DNA from: a virus
Reading direction: 5' to 3' (one strand)
IMG/VR virus record: IMGVR_UViG_3300036985_003303
Location: 32,001-96,000 of that record
Length of the DNA stretch: 64,000 nt
The notes beneath the pieces are model-generated. The model worked only from the letters and a program-made list of their open reading frames with translations, made no database searches and had not been told where the DNA came from. How positions within the stretch are numbered: position 1 is the stretch's first letter; each line of letters begins with the position of its first letter. Shown here in pieces: positions 1 to 8,114 of the stretch. Both the position numbers and the translations under genes were made by a program.

Positions 1-324
1 ATAACATCATTTGAGGGAGGAGATATTTTATTTAGTCTGAGCGATATGAATGAACAATGGCTTTATAGAAACGGAGAGTTAGAAAAAATGACAAGTTCCG
101 CATCTGACTTTGAAATAAGAAAACCTTTGCCAAATGAATTGTTTCTTAAAATGGCAAGATCAACAGGAGATGAAGTAGCTATAAAATTATATCAAGCATT
201 AGTTGATGAATGGATAACTGAAACGGAGCATGACAGATTTTCAAAAATGTTAGATTCAAGAGATCCTGAAGCGCGCCACTTGGTTAACTTGCTTTTGAAT
301 AGACGCATAAATGAATTAAAATGA
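1..324 (+). CDS. Hypothetical protein, 5'-truncated (frame is open from base 1)
   Basis: Bases 1-45 read ITSFEGGDILFSLSD in frame with the track ORF 46..324 with no stop, so the true start probably lies upstream of the window. Confidence 0.7.
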   Translation: MTSFEGGDILFSLSDMNEQWLYRNGELEKMTSSASDFEIRKPLPNELFLKMARSTGDEVAIKLYQALVDEWITETEHDRFSKMLDSRDPEARHLVNLLLNRRINELK

Positions 325-506
325 AAGTATTTTACAAAGTTATAAATGGATTTAAAGTTAAATTTTATTGCAGTTATTTCTGTATTGGCATTGGAATGGA
401 TCAGTTTACTCCAGTTTACCATAGATATATTACTGGACAATCATTGGGACCTGTTAAAAATGAAGTATGTGGATACAAGACGGAAAAGAGTTTACTGAAG
501 AAATGA
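321..506 (+). CDS. Small hypothetical protein (uncertain)
   Basis: ATGA overlap with the upstream stop at 321-324 suggests coupling, but it overlaps the next gene by 40 nt. Confidence 0.35.
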   Translation: MKVFYKVINGFKVKFYCSYFCIGIGMDQFTPVYHRYITGQSLGPVKNEVCGYKTEKSLLKK

Positions 507-883
507 TTCCAGAAGGAGCAGTCGGTTTTATATATGAAATGATGGCAATCATTGATGGGAAATCGGTTAGATACATTGGTAAGAAGAACTTCTATGCTGA
601 TGTCAAAACTAAACTGGCTAAGAAAGATATTCCTACAGACAAAAGGTTGAAGACTTACAAACGTGTGAGAAAAACAACCTACAAAAACTATTTCAGTAGC
701 AATGATGTCTTAAAACAAGCGCACAAAGATGGAGTAGTTATCCGCAGAGAGATATTGCAGATCTGCTTTGGCAAGCAGGAGTTGTCTTACTTTGAATGTA
801 AGTTTCAATTTGGCTGGGGTGTACTTGAGAGTGATGAGTTTTTGAATGGTAATATATTGGGTAAATTTTATAAACTAAAATAA
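467..883 (+). CDS. GIY-YIG family nuclease-like protein
   Basis: GFIYEM...YIGKK motif, followed by YFSS and REIL..C....ELSYFE segments typical of small phage GIY-YIG proteins. Confidence 0.7.
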   Translation: MWIQDGKEFTEEMIPEGAVGFIYEMMAIIDGKSVRYIGKKNFYADVKTKLAKKDIPTDKRLKTYKRVRKTTYKNYFSSNDVLKQAHKDGVVIRREILQICFGKQELSYFECKFQFGWGVLESDEFLNGNILGKFYKLK

Positions 884-1234
884 ATGAAAAAAGAAACAAA
901 GGACATGGGAGAAATCTCTGATGGCTACCACACATTTAATGAGTTGTATGCTTTTCGCAAAATGTACAATGCTGCGGCATTTAATGCTTGGGCTAAAGAA
1001 GGTCTTTATGATGTTCATAAATCCAAATGTCATAGTGATGGACTACCGTGCTTTGGTGGCGGATGGTTTATTGTCATGGCTGTATTGCCAGGTGGACAAG
1101 TAAGTAATCACTATCAATTAGAAGATTGGGATTTGTTCCAGTGTATAGAAGAACCATTTGTGAAATATCACTATGATGGCCATAGTGCGCAAGATGTGTT
1201 GGATCGTTTAGAAGAAGTTTGTAAAATCAATTAA
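884..1234 (+). CDS. Conserved phage protein (DGYHTFxELY...[WY]DGH type)
   Basis: ISDGYHTFNELY, GWFIV, QVSNHY and YDGH motifs recognised from a widespread phage family; function unknown. Confidence 0.6.
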   Translation: MKKETKDMGEISDGYHTFNELYAFRKMYNAAAFNAWAKEGLYDVHKSKCHSDGLPCFGGGWFIVMAVLPGGQVSNHYQLEDWDLFQCIEEPFVKYHYDGHSAQDVLDRLEEVCKIN

Positions 1235-1235
1235 A

Positions 1236-1559
1236 ATGGAAAAAAAAACATTGGGTAACACCACAGCAAGTAAAGCTAGAGAGAATGTTAAGGACATTCA
1301 GTTCTGGGGAAATGGAGATACATTTAAACTTATTGCTAAAGCTTCAAGCGTTAATGAGGGTTGGATGAAATCAACTAAAGCAATGCAGGCTGGTTCGTCA
1401 GTTGTTGTACAGGTTACAACCCAACAAAGAAATCCTGATGGATCTTATGCGGTAGCTGAAGCTTTAACAACAGTTCCTAATGCGGAGATCATTGAAAAGG
1501 TAGATGGAGAAACAGGAGAAGTGGTAGACCGCTATATCCAATATAGATTATTCAATTAA
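1236..1559 (+). CDS. Conserved hypothetical phage protein
   Basis: Clean ORF abutting its neighbours; KLIAKASSVNEGWMKSTKAM motif. Confidence 0.75.
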   Translation: MEKKTLGNTTASKARENVKDIQFWGNGDTFKLIAKASSVNEGWMKSTKAMQAGSSVVVQVTTQQRNPDGSYAVAEALTTVPNAEIIEKVDGETGEVVDRYIQYRLFN

Positions 1560-1576
1560 ATAAACAAAAAATAGTT

Positions 1577-1858
1577 ATGTTATACCAAGGAAAAATTGTC
1601 ATTTTAGACAAACCGGCTTATGAGCCAAAAATTAAAGGATTAGAACTTAGTCCAGAAGCGCAAGCATCTATGGAAGCTGATCTTGTTAAGCACTACACGC
1701 GACTAACTGTACATGCAGTTGGTGAAGATGTAACTTTCTGTAAGGCAGGAGATGAAGTGTTGGTTACACCTCGTCAATTATCTTACTGTGATGTAGTAGA
1801 TATTGAAGGAAAAACAAAGTTTGTTGCTAAAGAAGCAGATTGCATTGGCAAGTACTAA
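1577..1858 (+). CDS. GroES/Cpn10-like co-chaperonin
   Basis: 93 aa; KIVILDK start, mobile-loop-like KIKGLEL, TVHAVGEDV, KAGDEVLV, then DIEGKTKFVAKEADCIG, matching the Cpn10 pattern. Confidence 0.7.
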   Translation: MLYQGKIVILDKPAYEPKIKGLELSPEAQASMEADLVKHYTRLTVHAVGEDVTFCKAGDEVLVTPRQLSYCDVVDIEGKTKFVAKEADCIGKY

Positions 1859-1878
1859 TTAGTGTTAAACTATAAATG

Positions 1879-1909
1879 AAAGGTCTTGGTTACTCAAGGC
1901 CTTTTTTTT
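1879..1909 (+). terminator. Rho-independent terminator
   Basis: Stem AAAGGTCTTG / CAAGGCCTTT with a 6-nt loop, followed by a T run. Confidence 0.75.
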
Positions 1910-1912
1910 GTT

Positions 1913-1967
1913 TATATTTGTTGCATAAGAGAAAACTTTTTTGTATATTATATACATTGTTTATTAA
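1913..1967 (+). promoter_or_regulatory. Promoter region: TATATTTG (1913-1920) and TTTG-TATATTA motif (TATATTA at 1944-1950)
   Basis: TAnnTTTG is the Bacteroidota -7 consensus; 1944-1967 is 22/24 identical to 22122-22145. Confidence 0.55.
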
Positions 1968-1978
1968 AATTAGAGATT

Positions 1979-2437
1979 ATGTCAATTATAAATTCAGACG
2001 GTTTAAATACCAACTGGCAACTTAATGTTTTGAAAGGCCTTCAAGGTATCATAGATGAACTCAATTCAACTATAAATGTTAATGGTAGTGTAAATGCCAA
2101 CATTGTTTCACCATTAGGTATTCGAACAGAAACAGAAAGTGTAAGTGTTGCATTGTCTTCAGAACAATGGAGAGAAATTATTAGACCTGTTTTAATTATA
2201 TCTTCAGGAGATATTCCAACACTCATAACTGCGAAACCTCGTTCTATATCTTTTGCTAGTAATGGTACAGATCCCGCATTAGTATCATTTGATAGCGGTG
2301 CAACTTATGAGCAAATTCCTCCAGGAACTACATTAAACATGGATGCAGGAGGAATTGCCAATTATTATGAAGTTGACACCTTTGGGTATGATACATCAAC
2401 TGATGGAGCTTCTTTGATCATTACATATAATTTATAG
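1979..2437 (+). CDS. Putative structural protein (152 aa; ATG 1979 preferred to TTG 1886)
   Basis: The track's upstream extension runs through the terminator and promoter; NWQLNVLKGLQ N-terminus followed by a beta-rich body. Confidence 0.7.
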   Translation: MSIINSDGLNTNWQLNVLKGLQGIIDELNSTINVNGSVNANIVSPLGIRTETESVSVALSSEQWREIIRPVLIISSGDIPTLITAKPRSISFASNGTDPALVSFDSGATYEQIPPGTTLNMDAGGIANYYEVDTFGYDTSTDGASLIITYNL

Positions 2438-2439
2438 TA

Positions 2440-3003
2440 ATGAGTACTCAAATTCATTTAGACAGGTATTCATCAAATCCTAATGGGTATTTGAGTAGAT
2501 TGTATACACAGAATAACTCTAGTACTCCTGTAACAGCTACGGATGATGAAGGTAGTTTATTAGATGGGGGGTTAGGAACTCTTACTATTCCTGCAAATGG
2601 ATTTCAAAAAGGGGATAGCTTTAAAGGAGTGCTAATAGGTCATTTATCTTGTGTAGGTACAGCTACTTTACAAATTAGAGTTAAAACAGCATCAGGAATA
2701 CCATTAGCTGACACAGGTGCAATGGCAATGAATCTTACTACTAATAAACATTGGAAACTTGATGTTGATTTTACTGTAAGACAAATAGGTGCAGCTACTG
2801 TAGCTTCTATAGCATCAGGAGGATTGTTTGCTTATACCAAAAATTCTGGGTTTAACTTTGAAGGTGTAAATTTCAGCATAGTTAATAATTTAGATTTTGA
2901 CACTACTGTAGATAATACACTTGTTATAACTGCTCAATGGAATACAAATAACGCAGGAAATTCTATTTACTCAGAAATCTTTACATTAAATAAGACATAT
3001 TAA
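2440..3003 (+). CDS. Putative structural beta-sandwich protein (fibre-associated)
   Basis: Gly/Thr/Asn-rich and beta-strand patterned; coupled to flanking genes. Confidence 0.6.
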   Translation: MSTQIHLDRYSSNPNGYLSRLYTQNNSSTPVTATDDEGSLLDGGLGTLTIPANGFQKGDSFKGVLIGHLSCVGTATLQIRVKTASGIPLADTGAMAMNLTTNKHWKLDVDFTVRQIGAATVASIASGGLFAYTKNSGFNFEGVNFSIVNNLDFDTTVDNTLVITAQWNTNNAGNSIYSEIFTLNKTY

Positions 3004-4397
3004 TGAGCACAAATATATATAGAAATTTGCCAGGAAATGTACATGATGCGGCAGTTAATAGTAACGCGCCATCTGGTACAAATCCTTTTGCAACAGAATT
3101 AGATCTTGCAAATATCAATAATGTAGGAAATGCTAATTTATTAATAAGCGGTGGAGCGTCATGGTCTGGAACAGGACTTATCTTTAATACCACAGCTCTT
3201 ACATTTCAAATATCTGGAATTGTTTATACAGCAAATCCACAAACTATAACATTGCCTGCAAGCAACCCAACAAATCCTAGATTTGATGCAATAGTAGTAG
3301 ATGAAGCAGGTACAGTTTCTATAATATCAGGAACTGCTGCAGCAAATCCACTTACTCCGGCAATCAATGAAACATTTGTTCTTTTGCAATATGTATTAGT
3401 TGGAGCAGGTGCAACTGTACCAACGGTAACAAATGAATTTGTTTACAGAGATGGATCTAGTCCAGACTGGTTGCCAGTGTCGGTACCAGGAACAGCTCCT
3501 TTATTAGTTGCAAATTTTTCAAGTACTTTTCCTGCACCTTTTCAAGGTTCTGAATGTACTCTTGTAAATGCTCCTACATATAATGCAGGAAAGTATATTC
3601 AATATACAAAACCTGTTGGTACTATACCTAGAGCAACATTTGCTTTTTTATCATTTAGAGTTAATCTACCTGCAACCTTAGCTGCAAGAAATATTCAAGT
3701 ATCTCTTTTCAATGGAACTACTTTGATAGGATCTGTTCAAGCTACAGCTTGGGGATTAAATATGAGTAGTATAAATAACTGGCAATTGGTTTCTATTCCT
3801 ACAGGAGCATTTGGAAATGTTGCCATTACAACAATGACAAGGATTAGACTTTTTCTTACAGGTACAACAGCAAATACTTTTTCTACAGGAATAGATAGGT
3901 ATGCAGTTGATGATGTAAAATTTCAATCTGGATTTGGACCACAATCAAATGTAGCGACTATAGATATAGAAGCTAACGGGACTCCTATTGGATCTACAGC
4001 TAAGTTAAGTTTTATGCCAACAGTAGGAACAACATGGCAACTAACAAATGATTTAGTTAACAATAAAATAGAAGTAAGAGCTAACTCTATAAATGCAAGT
4101 GTTTTTCCTGAATTGGTAACACTTGGTAGGAATTTAGTAACTACGGATGCTGGGAAATTTTTAATGGTGGATTCAATAAATCCAGAAACTATGACTGTTC
4201 CATTAGGTAGCGTTGTTTCTATTCCTATAGGAAGCGTTATTAAAATTGCTCAACAAGGATTTGGTTCTGTAACTATAGCTGCTGCAGTAGGTGTAATAGT
4301 GTTATGTTCAGGTCCATTTATTATTCCTGGTCAATATAGAGTTGCTACATTAACAAAAACGGCTATAGATACTTGGTATTTAGAGTACAGTATATAA
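3003..4397 (+). CDS. Putative tail/head fibre or receptor-binding protein with a CBM-like middle domain
   Basis: NPRFDAIVVD fibre-like motif; WQLVSIP..AF...I..IRLF...YAVDDVKF resembles a carbohydrate-binding jelly roll; C-terminal DAGK...TVP...PIG..I.I.Q.G.G.VT...GQY..ATL.KTA.DTW domain is common at phage fibre tips. Confidence 0.6.
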   Translation: MSTNIYRNLPGNVHDAAVNSNAPSGTNPFATELDLANINNVGNANLLISGGASWSGTGLIFNTTALTFQISGIVYTANPQTITLPASNPTNPRFDAIVVDEAGTVSIISGTAAANPLTPAINETFVLLQYVLVGAGATVPTVTNEFVYRDGSSPDWLPVSVPGTAPLLVANFSSTFPAPFQGSECTLVNAPTYNAGKYIQYTKPVGTIPRATFAFLSFRVNLPATLAARNIQVSLFNGTTLIGSVQATAWGLNMSSINNWQLVSIPTGAFGNVAITTMTRIRLFLTGTTANTFSTGIDRYAVDDVKFQSGFGPQSNVATIDIEANGTPIGSTAKLSFMPTVGTTWQLTNDLVNNKIEVRANSINASVFPELVTLGRNLVTTDAGKFLMVDSINPETMTVPLGSVVSIPIGSVIKIAQQGFGSVTIAAAVGVIVLCSGPFIIPGQYRVATLTKTAIDTWYLEYSI

Positions 4398-4408
4398 AAT
4401 AAAATAAA

Positions 4409-4954
4409 ATGAAAGGTGTTTGTTGTAAAATAGTAATGAGTGCTGGATATAAAGACACAGCACATTTTATAGATAGTGCATTTCACCCAAATATGGCAGG
4501 ATTTGCGGTTGGAGCTAGTACAATACTAGCAACCATTGCTTATTATTTCAATGTAATATTTGGCATAGAATTACCTGTAGGAATAGTTTTAATAGTCTTA
4601 TTTGGCTTAGAAATGTTTACCGGAATCAGAGCCTCTAGAACAGAGAACAAAACATTTGACTCAGAATTATTTGGAAAAGGTTGGTTAAAGTTGTTAATTT
4701 ACATGATAATGATTGGATGCTCCCATGCATTAGCTGTTCATGTTCCAGTAAAAACTTTTTTTAGTTGGGACTTTAACATTTATTCATGGTTGCATTATGG
4801 ATTTTATAACTTTGTACTGATAAACTTGATTTGGTCTAATTTAGAAAACTTTAAAAGACTTGGTTGGAATGAATATGTACCAATACTAAAGCAGTTGTCA
4901 AAGTACATTAAAGATGAACCTAAAACAAAAAATGATGGAAGAGAAAACAATTAA
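4409..4954 (+). CDS. Holin-like multi-pass membrane protein
   Basis: Several hydrophobic segments, LEMFTGI..S and NL.ENF.RLG motifs of holin_4_1-type proteins; lies upstream of the endolysin. Confidence 0.65.
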   Translation: MKGVCCKIVMSAGYKDTAHFIDSAFHPNMAGFAVGASTILATIAYYFNVIFGIELPVGIVLIVLFGLEMFTGIRASRTENKTFDSELFGKGWLKLLIYMIMIGCSHALAVHVPVKTFFSWDFNIYSWLHYGFYNFVLINLIWSNLENFKRLGWNEYVPILKQLSKYIKDEPKTKNDGRENN

Positions 4955-5159
4955 AGAAAGATGGAAAGCAAAAACACCAAAATTTTGGAAGAAAATGCAA
5001 AGAATTGGTATAGCAGCTGGAGTACTAGGCGGAATCCTTTTAGCTTCTCCTATAGCACTACCTGCGGCAATATTGACTGGAGCGGGTTATCTGATTGCAC
5101 TTGGTAGTGCAACTGCAACATTATCACAACTTACAGTTGAAAACCCTGAAACAAAGTAA
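4914..5159 (+). CDS. Small holin-like membrane protein
   Basis: Basic N-terminus (RWKAKTPKFWKK) followed by a long hydrophobic Ala/Gly/Leu stretch. Confidence 0.55.
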   Translation: MNLKQKMMEEKTIKERWKAKTPKFWKKMQRIGIAAGVLGGILLASPIALPAAILTGAGYLIALGSATATLSQLTVENPETK

Positions 5160-5161
5160 TC

Positions 5162-5455
5162 ATGGCAAAGAAAAAAGTTGAAGATTTCAAAGTGGATGTT
5201 GATACCAAGAAGGTAGATGTTCATGTAGAAAAAAAAGATGGCGGTTTTAAAGCTGAAGTCAATACTGAAAAGGTTGATGTAAAGTTTGAAAAAGGAACAA
5301 CTGGATCAGATTTTGATTTAGATTCTAAAAAACTTGACATCCATGTAAAAAAAGATGAAAACGGAACTACTGTTGAAGTAGATGCTGCAAATGGATTCTT
5401 AAAAAAGATTGGTAATCTTATCTCAAAGATTTTTGTTAAGAAATTTAACAAGTAA
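5162..5455 (+). CDS. Lysis-cassette protein with 3 x 20-aa repeats and a cationic amphipathic C-terminus
   Basis: DVDTKKVDVHVEKKDGGFKA / EVNTEKVDVKFEKGTTGSDF / DLDSKKLDIHVKKDENGTTV, then GFLKKIGNLISKIFVKKFNK. Confidence 0.7.
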   Translation: MAKKKVEDFKVDVDTKKVDVHVEKKDGGFKAEVNTEKVDVKFEKGTTGSDFDLDSKKLDIHVKKDENGTTVEVDAANGFLKKIGNLISKIFVKKFNK

Positions 5456-5458
5456 AAA

Positions 5459-6145
5459 ATGGGAGAGTTAGATCTAAAAAAAATCAAGCAGGTTCCTTTA
5501 TCATCAGGTCAATACATTGATGAAGAAGTTAAAAAGGTTCAAATTGTTTTGCACCATACTGCTGGAAATTCATCTGCACCTGCAACTATTAAGATGTGGG
5601 ATACAGATGACAGAGGTAAAATTGCAACATGTATTGTAATCTCTGGAAAAGGTTTGTCTAAAGATACCTTTGATGGAGAGATTTGTCAAGCATTTGGTTC
5701 TAAAAAATGGGGTTATCACTTAGGTCTTAAACAAGATATTTTTAGATCTAAAGGTGTTGCATACAAATCCATTGATCCTATAGCTATAGGTATTGAGATA
5801 TGCAACTGGGGACCATTAGATAAAGTAGGTGATAAGTATTACAACTATGTGGATAGAGAAGTTTCTGTTGACCAAGTTTGTGTATTAAGCGCGCCTTACA
5901 AAGGACATCTATATTATCATGCATATACGGATGCTCAGATTGAATCAGTGCGTCAGCTGTTAGTTTACTGGAGCAAGATCCATGGAATTGATTTGACTTA
6001 TAACGAAGACATCTGGGGTATATCAGTTAGAGCTTTAAAAGGAGAGAATGGAGTTTTTACTCACAACTCATACCGTAAAGACAAATCTGATGTTTCTCCA
6101 CAACCAAAGTTAATTGCAATGCTTAAAGCATTAAAGAATGGCTAG
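5459..6145 (+). CDS. N-acetylmuramoyl-L-alanine amidase (Amidase_2-type endolysin)
   Basis: IVLHHTAG, IGIEICNWG, YTDAQIES, THNSYRKDKSDVSP motifs with Zn ligands. Confidence 0.9.
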   Translation: MGELDLKKIKQVPLSSGQYIDEEVKKVQIVLHHTAGNSSAPATIKMWDTDDRGKIATCIVISGKGLSKDTFDGEICQAFGSKKWGYHLGLKQDIFRSKGVAYKSIDPIAIGIEICNWGPLDKVGDKYYNYVDREVSVDQVCVLSAPYKGHLYYHAYTDAQIESVRQLLVYWSKIHGIDLTYNEDIWGISVRALKGENGVFTHNSYRKDKSDVSPQPKLIAMLKALKNG

Positions 6146-6431
6146 AAACTCATTAGCAGGTAAGTCTACTGGAACCAGTAAGTCTGCAAAGTATTTTGCT
6201 TCTAATCCTGAAGCGCGTAAGAAAAAGAATGAATACAACAAAGAGTATCATTCAAGTCCTTCGCGTATCAAATATAGAGAGCAATTAAATGAAGCTAATA
6301 GAAAATCTGGAACTTATGGTAACAAAGATGGCAAAGATAAGTCACATACTAAAAAAGGAACATTAGTAAATGAGAAAGCTTCTACAAACCGCGCTAGAAA
6401 TGGTAAAGGAAACAATGCTAGAAAAAAATAA
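6138..6431 (+). CDS. Basic protein, possibly a degenerate HNH-like fold
   Basis: Very K/R-rich; DGKDKSH...N....STNRARNG resembles a shortened HNH tail. Confidence 0.45.
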   Translation: MARNSLAGKSTGTSKSAKYFASNPEARKKKNEYNKEYHSSPSRIKYREQLNEANRKSGTYGNKDGKDKSHTKKGTLVNEKASTNRARNGKGNNARKK

Positions 6432-6460
6432 ACTCCCCTTTGAATTTTATTTCATTGGCT

Positions 6461-6489
6461 AAAAGCACTTAGGAATAGGTGCTTTTTTT
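6461..6489 (+). terminator. Rho-independent terminator
   Basis: AAAAGCACTTA-GGAA-TAGGTGCTTTT plus T run; GNRA loop. Confidence 0.8.
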
Positions 6490-6499
6490 ATTAAACATT

Positions 6500-6528
6500 A
6501 AATAGTTAAACATTTATTATTATATTTG
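6500..6528 (+). promoter_or_regulatory. Promoter: AAATAGTTAAACAT box and TATATTTG (6521-6528)
   Basis: The 14-mer recurs exactly at 14457-14470; TAnnTTTG consensus lies 21 nt before the ATG. Confidence 0.55.
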
Positions 6529-6549
6529 ACATAATAAACATTAAATATT

Positions 6550-6816
6550 ATGTCAGAACAAACCAACCAAGAAGAACGCGAGTACACTCCACAAGAGATA
6601 CGCGCCATGCAAGAAAAAACACTTGCATATTACAGGAGTCAAGAAAAGGTTCTTGCTACTCAATGTATTGTTGAGGAACTAAAAGCTCGCATTAAAAAAG
6701 CACAATTTGAAGCATTTGATTATTCGCTAAGAATGATGCAAATTAATCAAGCTATGCAGGATGCAGCTGAAGAGGAAGAAAAAGAAGCAAAAGAGTCTGA
6801 AACAAAAGAAGAGTAA
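6550..6816 (+). CDS. Acidic coiled-coil hypothetical protein
   Basis: E/Q/A-rich helical sequence; first gene after a promoter. Confidence 0.7.
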   Translation: MSEQTNQEEREYTPQEIRAMQEKTLAYYRSQEKVLATQCIVEELKARIKKAQFEAFDYSLRMMQINQAMQDAAEEEEKEAKESETKEE

Positions 6817-6818
6817 TC

Positions 6819-7202
6819 ATGGCAAAAGCACTAGTTGTTAACAAGCAAGTGCCGCTATCTTTGATTGAAGTAATTAAGTTTCAAATAAACATGTATTGCT
6901 TCATAAATAAGATTAGGTTAAGTCCGGCACAATTAGATTGTTTGTCTTTATTGGGATTATACGGTGAAATGAACATGTCAGATTTCTGCAATGAAGTTAT
7001 TTCTGAAGAGATCTTTGGCAATGTTCAGACTACAAGAAACTTTATCACAAAGTGTGTAAAAGAAGATTTGGTAACTAGAAGTGGATTAGGAAACAAACTT
7101 GTTACATTAAACAAAGATTTGGAACTATTGACTGAGGGAACTATATTACTTAATTTAAAAGTATATCATCTTGAAACCGACCAAGGGCAAAGAGCTAATT
7201 AA
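6819..7202 (+). CDS. Putative winged-helix DNA-binding protein
   Basis: LSPAQLDCLSLL...DFCNEV...QTTRNFITKCVKEDLV.R..LG..LVTL fits a MarR-like wHTH pattern. Confidence 0.5.
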   Translation: MAKALVVNKQVPLSLIEVIKFQINMYCFINKIRLSPAQLDCLSLLGLYGEMNMSDFCNEVISEEIFGNVQTTRNFITKCVKEDLVTRSGLGNKLVTLNKDLELLTEGTILLNLKVYHLETDQGQRAN

Positions 7203-7566
7203 AAAAACAGCTCAAGAATTGAATTTACCAGAGGAGATGGTAAAAGATGTTGTTGAGTTTTACTATTCTATAGTAACTAGAAAGATTGAGAATTTAGAAA
7301 GTGCTACAATCTTTTTGCATGGATTAGGTACTCTTAGATTAAGCAGAAGAAAGCTTGAAAAGAATATTGAGAGAATGCAGAAATTATTGGAGAGTAATTC
7401 TCAAGAGGATTTTAAAAAAGTAATTAAGTTCAATCTTTCTAAAACACTATTGGACAGCAAAGTTAAAGGGTTAGAAATGTGTAATGAATACTATAAACCA
7501 TTATATGAAAAGCGTAATAAAAATTTGGAAAGCAAAAGGGCAAATCCTGGAGGGGATCAAGAATAA
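7171..7566 (+). CDS. HU/IHF-like DNA-binding protein
   Basis: ELIKKTAQELNLPEEMVKDVVEFY...IFLHGLGTL is the HU/IHF helical body plus GxGxF strand; TTG start. Confidence 0.6.
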   Translation: MKPTKGKELIKKTAQELNLPEEMVKDVVEFYYSIVTRKIENLESATIFLHGLGTLRLSRRKLEKNIERMQKLLESNSQEDFKKVIKFNLSKTLLDSKVKGLEMCNEYYKPLYEKRNKNLESKRANPGGDQE

Positions 7567-7831
7567 CATTTTCAAAAATGAGCATGTTGAAGAAATTGCC
7601 AAAGAAAGATGGGCTATCTGTGAACAGTGTCCAATAGTAGACAAAGAAGGAGATAAGTGTTTGGTTCCTGGAACCGGCCCATGTTGTGGATCTTGCGGAT
7701 GTAGCATGGGATTAAAACTAAGAGCACTTGGTTCTGATTGTCCAGAAGGTAAATGGGATGCAGTGTTGTCACATGAAGAAAGTTATTTACTACAAAAAAA
7801 ATTAGGAGATGACTCAGAACAAGAAAAGTAG
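7484..7831 (+). CDS. Cys-rich putative Zn-binding protein (start may be ATG 7505)
   Basis: ERWAICEQC...KC...CCGSCGC.M..K.R...CPEGKW. Confidence 0.65.
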   Translation: MNTINHYMKSVIKIWKAKGQILEGIKNNIFKNEHVEEIAKERWAICEQCPIVDKEGDKCLVPGTGPCCGSCGCSMGLKLRALGSDCPEGKWDAVLSHEESYLLQKKLGDDSEQEK

Positions 7832-8114
7832 TTTATATAATGCGGGTATTATGCCAATTGATCCTAGTGATGCACAAGGATTGTGGAGTCAAATAACTCA
7901 AGGTAGTACTATTCCTTATGATCCATACAAGACGGTATCAATTTCTGCAGATGAAAAAGAGTATTTGGAAACTATTGCTCTTGCTGCAGATTTGTTAGCT
8001 GGTGAAGTAATTTCATCTCAAGACTTTTTTAAGTTGAAACTATTACTTAAAAGTGCAGATGAAGAAGTAAGAAACACAGGTATCATATTTTTAAACCAAA
8101 AGGCAAAACTATGA
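7809..8114 (+). CDS. Hypothetical protein
   Basis: ORF overlapping both neighbours in an operon-like arrangement. Confidence 0.6.
   Translation: MTQNKKSSLYNAGIMPIDPSDAQGLWSQITQGSTIPYDPYKTVSISADEKEYLETIALAADLLAGEVISSQDFFKLKLLLKSADEEVRNTGIIFLNQKAKL

Noticed and set aside
1886-1978. TTG-start N-terminal extension of the 1979 gene
   Set aside because: It runs through a terminator hairpin and the promoter motifs; ATG 1979 has the typical A-rich context.
2438-3010. TAATGAGTAC / TAATGAGCAC junction similarity as a third duplicated-junction cassette
   Set aside because: Only 9 of 10 nt match, which is easily explained by the common TAATG overlap plus a Ser-Thr start.
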